NCBI GenBank assembly: GCA_038874215.1 | Contig: JAVZCV010000011.1 | Span: 1-36,276 of the forward strand | DNA length: 36,276 nt | From: Candidatus Micrarchaeia archaeon | Lineage (GTDB): Archaea > Micrarchaeota > Micrarchaeia > Burarchaeales > JAVZCV01 | Reading direction: 5' to 3' | Shown here: one piece after another, positions 26,354-35,994 of the stretch | Numbering within the stretch: position 1 is the stretch's first letter | Layout of the letters: each line of letters begins with the position of its first letter | Program-made: the position numbers and the translations under genes | Notes under the pieces: generated by a model | Seen by the model: only the letters and a program-made list of their open reading frames with translations | The model's database searches: none | What the model was told of the DNA's origin: nothing

Positions 26354-29300
26354 TTAATAATCATTCCTTTGTGGGGGGTTCATTGGTATTACTTTTGGCT
26401 CGGGAGGTTTCTTCGGTTTTCTGAGCATAACGAACGAGACTATGACGAGCAGGGCTATGGAGATGAGCACTATAGGTAGAAGGTTGTTCTCCTCTTTTGG
26501 TATCCTGCTTATAACGAATGTAACCCGCTTTGAAACATATGAAGAAAGGAGTATGGAGTCCGCAAGCCTCCCTTCTTTTTTTGCGCTTTCTGACTGCTCA
26601 AGAATCGCCTGGAGAGAATTTATCTCATCGGAGTACTGCGCATTTCGCGGTGCAACTTCTTTCAGCTTCTTCAGCTGGGAGCTGGCAAAGGCGAGGGATA
26701 TGTTGGCTTTTTCGTTTAATTCTCTGAGGCTGTTTATGAGGCTTGCCCTTGCGCTAACAACTTCGCCATACTCTTCCTCTGCGATTCTGAGGTTTCTTGC
26801 ATTCTCAATTACGAATTTGCTCCTGTTCTTAGAGTTTTCAAAAAGATTCTCAAAGGTGTTTGACAAATGCCTCAGCTGGCTTGAAACATCGGGAAAAGTA
26901 AAGCCCGAGAGATTTACGCCTGAATCCTTAACAAGGTTTTTGTCAACGGTTATTCTCATCGCGTTGTTGAATAGATTCTCGTTGTATGCGAGCGATTGCT
27001 TCAAGTTTTGGAATGAGAGAGACATGTTTTCAAAATGCCTATATATGTCCGATGCGCGGGAATTAATGCTGGTCTCTGTTTGGTTAAGCATGCCTCTGCT
27101 CATGTTCAATTGGACGAGGGCGGTAGCACAATCCGACTCTGAAATGTATCTGCCTGCGGCAGCAATCTTGGTTTCAATGTTAGAAATGTCTGATACTAAT
27201 TCGGTTGTATCTGCAAGCTGCGAGAGCAGGAGCGCTTCCCTTTTCCTCTCAGCAGTCTCATTCAGCAGTGTGTCCCTTTGGGATATTGCAATTTCGCAGA
27301 GGGTTGTGTTCTCAAGGATTTCCAGAGCGCGGTATAGCTCGGTGGTTGAAAAGTTCTCCAGGGCGCGCCTCTCATAATCGTAGGAAAGGTTGATAAGTTT
27401 TTCAATATCGCGTGCGTTTTCATCCATGCCGAGCGAATCCAAGGTTCTGGCAGTTTCAAATGCCTTCTCTCGCGTCCTGTTGAGAAGCTCCGATTGCGAG
27501 AGGAATGTCTGTGATGGCTGCTGTGGTGTCGCCTCCATTTCCCTGAGTGCATACAAGGCATTGAGTGCCTCAGAACTTATTCCCATATTGGATATGTTTT
27601 CAACGGACTGGTTCATAAGCAAGGATTGGTTGAGCATCGTCTCTATGAGGGATGTTTCATTGTGCACTTTATAAGAGAGAAGATATTCCTCAACCGCGCG
27701 GGGTATAAGCTTTCCGATGGTCCACCGAACAATCCATGCATCACCGATTTTTGTTGTTGATAGGTCCTCGGGCCTTTCGCCCGTCTTTAAATTAACCACA
27801 CGTATGTCTGAAATCGTACCAGGTTCTATTAGAACTATGGGGACTGATGAAAGCTCAATATCACGCGATAAAACGCGTATTGTGCATAAGGTAGTGCTAT
27901 CAAGAGTGCAGTTTCTCGAAATTGAAAATGGGTTGGGGTATGCAGTTTCAACGAACAACTGATTTTCTCCTTCTTTGAGCCCTCTTGCACGCACGACCAG
28001 ATTGTTGTCCTTCACATACGCATCGCACTCAATTCCGTTAAAGAAAACCCTATGGGATGATGGCGTTGAGGGCAAATTCAGGATTGCGGTTAGCAGAGGG
28101 GCTTCTGATTTTGAATGTATTTTTATTGACTCCTGTACGATGAGTTCATCTTTTGATATGTGTTGGCTCGTTTTCCTTCCTGTTGTCTGGGCGATTTTCT
28201 GCTTGGTTTTGAAAACGATGCGATAGTATCCTTTCGCCTCAATATCCGCCTTAATCGTAATTCGGCTGGCCGTAATCGCGATATCTTTTATCTGCGCTGG
28301 TTTTGTGTAGATGTCAGCACCCAAAAGTTCGTATCCTTGTGATAGCGGAATGTCAAGCAGAACAGAGGAGGATGCGAAGGGCAACGGGTTCCTTAGCAAT
28401 AATTCTATTGTAACTTTTGTATTTTCATCAAGAAGCAGTGTTTCATCAAAATGTTTTGAAAATGTAAACTCAATATTTTCAGCTATTATATCGGGCTTGC
28501 GCTTTTCAATAGAGAGAATAATGTTTGTGTATATTCTGTCAATTTCCGCATAATGGCCGAGAGTTGATTCTGGAGGAAAGTCTTCTCCCACAACAAAACG
28601 CTCGCAGAAGAGAAATTTATCGCGCTCGCTCTCGCTCATGTATTCTGTAAATTCTAACAGATAATTGCGTTTCTCAGTAAGATTGTACTTAGAATGAGCC
28701 CTCTCGTAAATTTGTCCTATGAGTTTCTCAGCGTTCTGCGCTATTTGGAGTAGTATTTCTTCATCCGCAAAATCTAGTAGAGCGGATGCTTCCTGTAAGT
28801 AGTTTTCTTCGTAGGAGACATCTAGTTCATCCCGCTTTGCTTTTTCTATAGTCTCTTTAAGTTGGTGGAGAGCATCTCTTGCATTCAGCGTCATTTTTGC
28901 CTCACGCAATGATTTTTCTGATAGAAGAAGGGAGGCGTTGCCGAACATGAGAAGAGCCTTGAAACGGAGTTGGAGCGTGCGCCCTTCGTTCGTGTAGCTT
29001 TTTTCTTCAGCCTCCTCGCAGAGCCTCACTCCTTCCTCATAAAATTTTCGGGATTGGTTGAGGGCGGCTGCCTCCTCATAATTTTTTGGGACGAAGGAAT
29101 TGATTTTTTCCTCAGTACTCTGCTTTTCTGCATTGACTAATTGCTCGGAGTTTTGAATAAGAAGGCGGACGTCTTCTTCAGCAAGCAACAGTTCTACATA
29201 TGCACGGTTTGTTTTTGAAAGAGCTTCTCTAAGAAGCACTATGGCTTGGCCGATATGCCATCGCTTTTTTGAGCCATAGACCGACTTCGCGTCCCTGATT

Positions 29301-30340
29301 AACTCGTGAGAGCCCTTTTCAAGACCGCGCCTTAGCAACAGGTCTTTTGCCACAACAAGTCTCTCGCTTGGTGCTCGGAAAATTGTTTCGTTGCTCGCAA
29401 AGGCGAATACCATCTTGGCGTCAATTAAGGAGTATCCTCTATCCTCGGCGCGCTTAATCGCATCAAGAGCATCGCTTTCATTCATCTCAGCCCAGAATAG
29501 CAGTTCCTCATACTCCGCTATCATATCGTGGTATGCCGCCCTTACCTCCTTGTCTATCACTATTGACATGTTGAGCAAGCCGTTTGGCCCGATAGAGTTG
29601 TTTATTGCCTTGGAATACGCATAAGTATCGCTAAAATCAAAACTCCCATTCGCAAATTTTTCCCTTATGTCTTTTGTTAGATATAGCGTTTTGGAGTAGA
29701 GCGATGCGAAATCGTTTTTCTCGCTTATGTTTTTTTCCCCAGATTTTGCAAGAATTTCCATCAGCATTGAATATGTGCCCGAGCTTTTGCCGGTATATCC
29801 TTCGTAGCCGGCACCAGCATATTCAAGAGTTGCAACTGCCTCGGCAATTCTTTCAAGCGCACTGTTTATTGAAGCGTCGGATGAGATTAGCGCATCCCTG
29901 GCATTGTCCAGTGTTGATTTGTAATTGGGAATTGAAACAAGGTAGTATACTTCCGCACTGGATATAATTAGGGGGGACATCGGCAACGGATGGAGTAAGA
30001 TAAGAGCGATAGATAGAGAACGAAACTGCTCTGCTCTGCCCTTTGCGATTCTGGCAGCATATATTTTTGTCTGTGCATTCTCCATATATGTAAGGGACTT
30101 TTGGAAATTCTTCTCATCGGAAGGCGTGAGATTGAGATCGCTTCTTTCAGTTATATTCACGTTGTCAATATACAATTTTGCAACCATATCTTCCATCGTG
30201 CCCGGAAAGACGAGCGTATCGTCTGACCAGAATGCGTTGAAATCTATGGGTAGCTTCTCTATGCTGGAAAAGGAGTTGTTGATGGCGTAGGACTCCGAAA
30301 AAAGGAGAACGAGAAAAAGGGTAGCGATTGCAAGACGCAT
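26354..30340 (-). CDS. Very large membrane-anchored surface protein (helical/coiled-coil with a central beta-rich region)
   Basis: Signal peptide MRLAIATLFLVLLFSESYA from ATG 30340, C-terminal TM helix plus KPKKPPEP tail, many N-x-S/T sequons. The ORF track starts at 30415. Confidence 0.8.
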   Translation of the reverse strand: MRLAIATLFLVLLFSESYAINNSFSSIEKLPIDFNAFWSDDTLVFPGTMEDMVAKLYIDNVNITERSDLNLTPSDEKNFQKSLTYMENAQTKIYAARIAKGRAEQFRSLSIALILLHPLPMSPLIISSAEVYYLVSIPNYKSTLDNARDALISSDASINSALERIAEAVATLEYAGAGYEGYTGKSSGTYSMLMEILAKSGEKNISEKNDFASLYSKTLYLTKDIREKFANGSFDFSDTYAYSKAINNSIGPNGLLNMSIVIDKEVRAAYHDMIAEYEELLFWAEMNESDALDAIKRAEDRGYSLIDAKMVFAFASNETIFRAPSERLVVAKDLLLRRGLEKGSHELIRDAKSVYGSKKRWHIGQAIVLLREALSKTNRAYVELLLAEEDVRLLIQNSEQLVNAEKQSTEEKINSFVPKNYEEAAALNQSRKFYEEGVRLCEEAEEKSYTNEGRTLQLRFKALLMFGNASLLLSEKSLREAKMTLNARDALHQLKETIEKAKRDELDVSYEENYLQEASALLDFADEEILLQIAQNAEKLIGQIYERAHSKYNLTEKRNYLLEFTEYMSESERDKFLFCERFVVGEDFPPESTLGHYAEIDRIYTNIILSIEKRKPDIIAENIEFTFSKHFDETLLLDENTKVTIELLLRNPLPFASSSVLLDIPLSQGYELLGADIYTKPAQIKDIAITASRITIKADIEAKGYYRIVFKTKQKIAQTTGRKTSQHISKDELIVQESIKIHSKSEAPLLTAILNLPSTPSSHRVFFNGIECDAYVKDNNLVVRARGLKEGENQLFVETAYPNPFSISRNCTLDSTTLCTIRVLSRDIELSSVPIVLIEPGTISDIRVVNLKTGERPEDLSTTKIGDAWIVRWTIGKLIPRAVEEYLLSYKVHNETSLIETMLNQSLLMNQSVENISNMGISSEALNALYALREMEATPQQPSQTFLSQSELLNRTREKAFETARTLDSLGMDENARDIEKLINLSYDYERRALENFSTTELYRALEILENTTLCEIAISQRDTLLNETAERKREALLLSQLADTTELVSDISNIETKIAAAGRYISESDCATALVQLNMSRGMLNQTETSINSRASDIYRHFENMSLSFQNLKQSLAYNENLFNNAMRITVDKNLVKDSGVNLSGFTFPDVSSQLRHLSNTFENLFENSKNRSKFVIENARNLRIAEEEYGEVVSARASLINSLRELNEKANISLAFASSQLKKLKEVAPRNAQYSDEINSLQAILEQSESAKKEGRLADSILLSSYVSKRVTFVISRIPKEENNLLPIVLISIALLVIVSFVMLRKPKKPPEPKVIPMNPPQRNDY

Positions 30341-30650
30341 ATATGAAAATGGGGAAAACAAATATAAAAGTGGGGGTTTTGAGGGAACAGCTGGTGGTAA
30401 AAAAGAGCCCCACATAAGCGAGCTTTATAGGGCGAGAGAAGAAGTATGGGAAAATAAAGAAAAATTGATGAGCATGGGGGATGATGCGACCGTTTGGTTG
30501 ATGTTGGCATTCCCAAATTTTGGGGGGGGCATATAATGGTATTGCAACAGGGACGGCTGTTAAGTTAAGGCGCCGAGGCATTCTGCCCGCATCTATGAGC
30601 CAGATGTTGGGTAAATATAAATGTTTGCGGGATAAATACGTTGGAGGAGT

Positions 30651-31259
30651 ATGGGGGAATTCAACAAGGAGGAAGGAGAGGAGCTCGTTAGGCATGCGAG
30701 GAATTCAATAGAGATGTACCTTGATAGAGGAGTAGTTATTGACGATGAGCCAAAAAACGAGAAATTTAGAGAAAAGCGAGGTGTGTTTGTAACCTTAGAG
30801 ACTTTTCCTGAAAGAGAATTGCGTGGTTGTATAGGTTATCCGCTCCCTTTCAGACCCCTGTGGAGAGCAGTAACCGAATGCGCCATAAGCGCTGCAGTTG
30901 GAGACCCCCGTTTTAATCCTGTTAGGAAAGAGGAGTTGGATAAACTTGTGGTTGAAGTAAGCGTGCTCACAGAACCAATGAGGATAGTTGCAAAGCCCGA
31001 GGACCTTCCAAAAGCGATAAAGGTTGGAGTGGATGGTCTAATTATAGAGAAAGGCGGTTATTCGGGATTGCTTCTCCCCCAAGTTCCTGTGGAGTGGGGG
31101 TGGAATGAGGAGGAGTTTCTCTCGCACACATGCATGAAGGCGGGTCTACCGAAAGATGAGTGGAGAAAAGGTGGATGTGATGTTTACAAATTCACAGCAC
31201 AGGTTTTTTCAGAGGAGAGGCCGAGGGGGGAAGTTTTTATCAAAAAACTGGGTGATTGA
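30651..31259 (+). CDS. AMMECR1 domain protein (AmmeMemoRadiSam protein A-like)
   Basis: GVFVTL, LRGCIG, DPRF, EVSVLT, GLLLPQV and KAG motifs. Confidence 0.93.
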   Translation: MGEFNKEEGEELVRHARNSIEMYLDRGVVIDDEPKNEKFREKRGVFVTLETFPERELRGCIGYPLPFRPLWRAVTECAISAAVGDPRFNPVRKEELDKLVVEVSVLTEPMRIVAKPEDLPKAIKVGVDGLIIEKGGYSGLLLPQVPVEWGWNEEEFLSHTCMKAGLPKDEWRKGGCDVYKFTAQVFSEERPRGEVFIKKLGD

Positions 31260-31271
31260 ATTATTGTTAAA

Positions 31272-32066
31272 GTGAATGGTAAAAGTGCGATATTAATTCC
31301 CGAGGAGTTAGCTGGAAAAGTAGGTGAAAATTCGGATTTTGAATTTTTTGAAATTTCGGGCGGGATATGGGTTTTAATTGATAGGAAGAAGCTTGGTGGG
31401 TTGGTTGAGAGGTTAAAGCCAGTAATAGAAAGGTATGAGAAAGAAGTTGAAAAAAAGAAAGAAGTCCTTAACGATGAGGAGCTTGCCGTTTTGAGAAAAC
31501 TTGAGAGGTATAGGTTCGTGGAGAGGATACCAGAGATTGTTGATAAAAGCCTTACGCAAAGGGAAGCCGAAGTTCTTGCGAGTCTAATCAAAAAGGGCTT
31601 CGTAACAGTTTTTAAGAGCAAGAAGTACAAAAAAGGCGTCTATAACATAGCGGATGACATATTCACGGCGGCTAGAAAAAAGACGGCGATGGAGAAAAAA
31701 AAGTCAGGATGTGAGGAGAGGAAAACGGAACAGTGCAAAGATCCACTTGAGAGGGATGGGTACCTGATAGTTGAAAAGGAAGAGGAGGCAAAAGAGATTT
31801 CAAAGAAACTTGAGGAAAGAATAAGGAATGGGGAGATAAGAGGGGTACGGGGTTTTGATAAGAAGTTTTATGTTGTTATAAGCGATTTTCTCGCAAAAAT
31901 GCGGGTGGAGATAAACAGGGTATTGAAGGAAAAGCCAAGTACAGTTGAGGAGATAGCAAGCAAAGTTGGTACTGCGAATGAGGCTGTTCGTGCTATTCTT
32001 GAGATAATGCGTGAGGAAGGGGAAGTCGTTGAAAAGAAAAAAGGAATGTATGCACTCGTAGAATGA
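31272..32066 (+). CDS. Hypothetical protein with an AbrB-like N-terminus and winged-helix-like segments
   Basis: VNGKSAILIPEEL resembles the AbrB/SpoVT strand-helix start; C-terminal TVEEIASKV...VRAILEIMREEGEVVE is wHTH-like. The true start may be ATT 31260. Confidence 0.65.
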   Translation: MNGKSAILIPEELAGKVGENSDFEFFEISGGIWVLIDRKKLGGLVERLKPVIERYEKEVEKKKEVLNDEELAVLRKLERYRFVERIPEIVDKSLTQREAEVLASLIKKGFVTVFKSKKYKKGVYNIADDIFTAARKKTAMEKKKSGCEERKTEQCKDPLERDGYLIVEKEEEAKEISKKLEERIRNGEIRGVRGFDKKFYVVISDFLAKMRVEINRVLKEKPSTVEEIASKVGTANEAVRAILEIMREEGEVVEKKKGMYALVE

Positions 32067-32070
32067 GGGA

Positions 32071-33249
32071 TTGAAGTTGATGTATGTTATAAAGGATTCA
32101 ATACATGGAGGAATAAGGATAGCGGAAGAGGAAAAGGCACTTATAGACTCTTCAGAGTTCCAGAGGCTCAGGAGGATAAGGCAACTTGCTGTTGCTTATC
32201 TTGTATATCCTGGCGCAAACAACACGCGTTTTGAGCATTCGTTGGGAACTATGCATCTGACTGGAATGATATGCGAACACCTTGGGTTAGAAAAGGAGGA
32301 GAACTTCCTTAGAATCGCCGCACTGCTCCATGATATCGGCCATTGCGCCTTCTCTCACGAAGCTGAAAGAGTACTGGATAAAACTCATGAAGAGATAATG
32401 AAGGTGAAGATAAAGGAGACTGAGATAAGAGAAATTTTGGTTGAAAATGGGTACTCCGCGGAGGATATAATCAAGCTTTGCATGGGGAGGGGATTCGGTT
32501 CTATCATATCGTTTGGTCTTGGACCGGATAGGATGGACTATTTGCTCAGGGATTCCCATTACACAGGGGTTGCATACGGAATAATAGACGCGGAGAGGAT
32601 AATTGAAACGATGGGTTTTGATGATGATTTGCCCTATGTGGATATAGCGGGCCTTGAGGCTGCGGAATCAATGCTCATAGCGCGCTTTATGATGTTCTCA
32701 ACCGTATACTACCACCACACAGTGAGAATCGCAAGCTCAATGCTCAGAAAAGGTATTGGGATGGCGCTTCGCGAGGGTGTGATAGATGAAAATAAGCTAA
32801 TGGGTAGTGGTGACGAAGAAATCATGCATGAGATGAGGATGGCGGGTTTTGAAATAGTTGAACGTCTCTTGAATAGAGACCTTTACAAGAGAGCGTACGA
32901 GATAAGCTGGAGTAGGATAAGAGAGAAATTGGGGGTGAGGGAAATTAAAAAACTTGAGAGAGAGGTGGTGGACTATTCAGGCTGCGAAGAAGAGGATGTT
33001 GTTGTAGATGTACCCTATGGGTACGGGGATATTGGAAAAATTCCTGTAGGGACAGGAAATGCGAAAAAGGACATAAAGGATGTTTCAGATATAGTGAGGT
33101 CTTTGGATAAAGCAGAGGAGATGAGAATGACGCTCATAGTTGCTACGATAAAAGATAGGGTTGATGGGGTAAGAAAGGCCTGTGAAAAACTTTTCGGTAT
33201 TAAATACGCAGAATTCCCTTATTCAAAAGAGCGCCGACAACGAAAATAA
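32071..33249 (+). CDS. HD-domain phosphohydrolase (dNTP triphosphohydrolase/SAMHD1-like family)
   Basis: FQRLRRIRQL, TRFEHSLG, LLHDIGH, DRMDYLLRD and VYYH motifs. Confidence 0.92.
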   Translation: MKLMYVIKDSIHGGIRIAEEEKALIDSSEFQRLRRIRQLAVAYLVYPGANNTRFEHSLGTMHLTGMICEHLGLEKEENFLRIAALLHDIGHCAFSHEAERVLDKTHEEIMKVKIKETEIREILVENGYSAEDIIKLCMGRGFGSIISFGLGPDRMDYLLRDSHYTGVAYGIIDAERIIETMGFDDDLPYVDIAGLEAAESMLIARFMMFSTVYYHHTVRIASSMLRKGIGMALREGVIDENKLMGSGDEEIMHEMRMAGFEIVERLLNRDLYKRAYEISWSRIREKLGVREIKKLEREVVDYSGCEEEDVVVDVPYGYGDIGKIPVGTGNAKKDIKDVSDIVRSLDKAEEMRMTLIVATIKDRVDGVRKACEKLFGIKYAEFPYSKERRQRK

Positions 33250-33379
33250 AAACTATGAAACCAACTGTGAACGCAACCAAAACTCGCGGGTCAAATTTCG
33301 GCCCTCCCGTTTCTGTATCGTAAAAACGGATGATTCCTGTTGAACTTGTAGGGGTTGTTATCTTCGTGGTTTTTGCCAT
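33200..33379 (-). CDS. secG: Preprotein translocase subunit Sec61beta
   Basis: Not in the ORF track (59 aa). Manual translation MAKTTKITTPTSSTGIIRFYDTETGGPKFDPRVLVAFTVGFIVFIFVVGALLNKGILRI matches the archaeal Sec61beta pattern GxxRF/Y...P plus one TM helix. Confidence 0.9.
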   Translation of the reverse strand: MAKTTKITTPTSSTGIIRFYDTETGGPKFDPRVLVAFTVGFIVFIFVVGALLNKGILRI

Positions 33380-33436
33380 GTGGAAAATTGAGGATTGTTA
33401 TATTAAAATATGTTGCGATCGTTTTATGGTGCGGCT

Positions 33437-34774
33437 ATGTTCGGGACATCTGGAATAAGGGGGCGAGTAAGCGAGGAGATAACGCCAGAACTTTTTTTTA
33501 GAATTGGTTCCGCTATTGGAAAGGATGTGGTTGTTGGGAGAGACACGAGAAAGACGAGCTTTATGCTTGAGAGCGCGCTCATCGCTGGTATTCTATGCTC
33601 AGGGCATGATGTTTCTTCTGTTGGGATAGCGCCAACGCCAACAGTAGCCCTTGCGGCAAAAAAAAGAAAGGAATATGGTGCTGTGATAACTGCGTCGCAC
33701 AACCCTCCGGAATACAATGGGTTGAAGATAGTGGATGGGTTGGGAAAAGAGATAAGCAGGGAGGAGGAGAGGAGGATAAGCGCCTTGGCGGAGAAAGGAG
33801 TGTATTATGCAAGCTATGAAAAAGTCGGGGACTTTGAGGTAGTAGATAATGCAGTTGATGAACACATTGATACTGCTTTGTCTTTCGTTGATGTTGAGAA
33901 GATAGAGAAGAAAAAACCGCTTGTAGTAATTGATTGCGGAAACGGTGCAGGTTCTGTTATAACCCCGTATGTGTTGAGGAAGGCTGGGTGTAGGGTATTG
34001 AGTGTAAACAGCGAGGTAAGCGGCTATTTTAATAGGCAATTGGAGCCTACGGAGAACAGCCTGCAAGAAATGCGGTCCGTTGTTGTTTCATCGGGAGCGG
34101 ACATTGGGATAGGGCACGATGGGGATGCAGATAGGGCAGTTGCTGTGGATGAAAGAGGTGAGATGATTGGGCTTGACAGGCAGCTTGCGCTTATGTGTAG
34201 GCGGGTTCTTCGGAATTCATCAGGAAAAATAATAACTACTGTTGAAGCTTCTCTGTGCGTGAGGGAGGCTGTTGAGGATGCGGGAGGCAAGATTGAGATA
34301 ACGCCCGTAGGAAGCGTAAGGATTGCGGAAAGATTGCTGGAGAAAGGGGGTATTTTCGGGGGAGAGCCATGCGGCGAGTACATCTTCCCAAATGAAATTT
34401 TAGTTCCTGATGGGGTTCTTACTGCGCTGAAACTCGTAGAGATGGTATGTGAGGAGGGCAAAGCAAGTAAGCTGAAGTCTGAGATAAGGGCATACCCTAT
34501 TAAGAGGGAAAAGTACCCATGCAGAAAAAAAGAGGAAGCGATGGAAAAAATCGTCAGTGAGATAGAAGTTTTTGAAGGGGAAGTGAACAGAGAGGATGGG
34601 ATAAGGATTGATGAGGATGGGTGGTGGATGCTAATAAGACCATCGGGCACAGAACCTGTAATAAGGCTGACATGCGAGGCGAAGGATAAAAAGAAATTAG
34701 AGGAGATTTTCGGTAAAGCAGATAGAATTGTGCGGAGGTGCTGTCTTGAAAGCGGTGGTGCTGGCGGCGGGTGA
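33437..34774 (+). CDS. glmM: Phosphoglucosamine mutase / alpha-D-phosphohexomutase
   Basis: FGTSGIRG, TASHNP, DGDADR, GGEPCG and IRPSGTEP motifs; adjacent to a glmU-like gene. Start at ATG 33437 behind GGTG-N5; the ORF track starts at 33410. Confidence 0.88.
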   Translation: MFGTSGIRGRVSEEITPELFFRIGSAIGKDVVVGRDTRKTSFMLESALIAGILCSGHDVSSVGIAPTPTVALAAKKRKEYGAVITASHNPPEYNGLKIVDGLGKEISREEERRISALAEKGVYYASYEKVGDFEVVDNAVDEHIDTALSFVDVEKIEKKKPLVVIDCGNGAGSVITPYVLRKAGCRVLSVNSEVSGYFNRQLEPTENSLQEMRSVVVSSGADIGIGHDGDADRAVAVDERGEMIGLDRQLALMCRRVLRNSSGKIITTVEASLCVREAVEDAGGKIEITPVGSVRIAERLLEKGGIFGGEPCGEYIFPNEILVPDGVLTALKLVEMVCEEGKASKLKSEIRAYPIKREKYPCRKKEEAMEKIVSEIEVFEGEVNREDGIRIDEDGWWMLIRPSGTEPVIRLTCEAKDKKKLEEIFGKADRIVRRCCLESGGAGGG

Positions 34775-35993
34775 GGGAAAGAGGCTACGGCCGCTTACTT
34801 ACACAAGGCCGAAGTGCATGATACCGCTGGGTGGTAAGCCTATACTTGAGCATGTGCTTTTGACTGTGAAGGAGGCAGGGATAAAGGAAGCCATTATAGT
34901 TGTGAAGTACATGGAGGAGAAGATAAGGGGCTATTTTGGCGATGGGAGTAGGTTGGGAATGAAGATAAGGTATGTAAGGCAGGGAGAGGTATATGGTACA
35001 GGGGCAGCATTCATGTGCGCCCGCGATTACGTTGATGATGATTTTCTTGGAATTGCTGGGGATATAATAACCGAAGCAAGGGCTGTTAGGAGGGTTGTTG
35101 AGGAAGATAATGCAGAGGTGGTAATGGCGCTTAAGGAAGTTGATGACAGGGAGCAGTTCGGTATAGCAGAGCTGAAAGGGGAGAGAGTAGTGAAGTTCGT
35201 TGAGAAGCCGCCAGGGCATCTGCCTGGGCTTGCAAACTGTAGCATATACCGAATGGGAATTGGGATATTTGATGTTTTAGAGAAATGCGGGAGGAGCACA
35301 AGGAATGAAGTTGAGATAACTGATGCGATAAAGAAACTAGTTCTAAAAAGGGAGGTTAAGGGTATCGTTTTGAAGAAAGGCGAGTATTGGCTTGATATGG
35401 GAATGCCTTGGCAGATATTCAACGCAAACGAGTTCATACTGAACAGGATGAAGGAGAAGAAGGGGGAGATAGAGAATAGCGTGGTGAAGGGCAAGGTTAT
35501 AATGGGCAAGGGGGCGAGGATATATAGCAGTTATATTGAAGGACCGCTTTACGTGGGTGACGGGACAGAGATAGGGCCGCATGCGTACATACGAGGCGCA
35601 ACGAGCATAGGAAAAAACTGTGCAATAGGGGATTCAACGACTATAAAAAACAGCATACTTTTAGACGATGTAAAGGCAAAGCATCTTACGTATATAGGAG
35701 ATAGCATAATAGGGGAGGGATGCAATTTCGGTGCCAGCACGCAAATAGCAAACTATCGGTTTGACGGAGGATATGTAAAAACGGATGTTAACGGTAAAGT
35801 GGTAGTGAGCGATAGGAGAAAGTTCGGGACTGTGATAGGGGATTTCACGAAAACGGGTGTTCTCAGTTGCGTTATGCCTGGGAAGACAATCGGGGATAAC
35901 TGCTGGATTGGTGCGGGTGTTGTGATAGACAGGCCGATAGGTAGGAACATGAAGGTTTTTCTTCAACAGAAACTCAAAATCATGAAGAGATGA
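34746..35993 (+). CDS. glmU: Bifunctional sugar-1-phosphate nucleotidyltransferase/acetyltransferase (archaeal GlmU-like)
   Basis: LAAGEGKRLRPLT...PK, EKP, and hexapeptide left-handed beta-helix with HLTYIGDS. TTG 34746 follows a GGAGGTG RBS. Confidence 0.88.
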   Translation: MKAVVLAAGEGKRLRPLTYTRPKCMIPLGGKPILEHVLLTVKEAGIKEAIIVVKYMEEKIRGYFGDGSRLGMKIRYVRQGEVYGTGAAFMCARDYVDDDFLGIAGDIITEARAVRRVVEEDNAEVVMALKEVDDREQFGIAELKGERVVKFVEKPPGHLPGLANCSIYRMGIGIFDVLEKCGRSTRNEVEITDAIKKLVLKREVKGIVLKKGEYWLDMGMPWQIFNANEFILNRMKEKKGEIENSVVKGKVIMGKGARIYSSYIEGPLYVGDGTEIGPHAYIRGATSIGKNCAIGDSTTIKNSILLDDVKAKHLTYIGDSIIGEGCNFGASTQIANYRFDGGYVKTDVNGKVVVSDRRKFGTVIGDFTKTGVLSCVMPGKTIGDNCWIGAGVVIDRPIGRNMKVFLQQKLKIMKR

Positions 35994-35994
35994 T

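Noticed and set aside
26442-28553. Long plus-strand ORFs (e.g. 311 aa at 26442-27377)
   Set aside because: Antisense shadows of the large surface-protein gene with Ser/Phe/Leu-rich mirror composition. The same applies to most short ORFs nested in other genes in the track.
30341-30650. C/D box sRNA, small ORFs or a G8 phase-variation tract in the divergent intergenic region
   Set aside because: TTGATGA is present but there is no proper CTGA D box. The ORFs lack convincing starts or motifs, and the G-run is not inside a supported gene.
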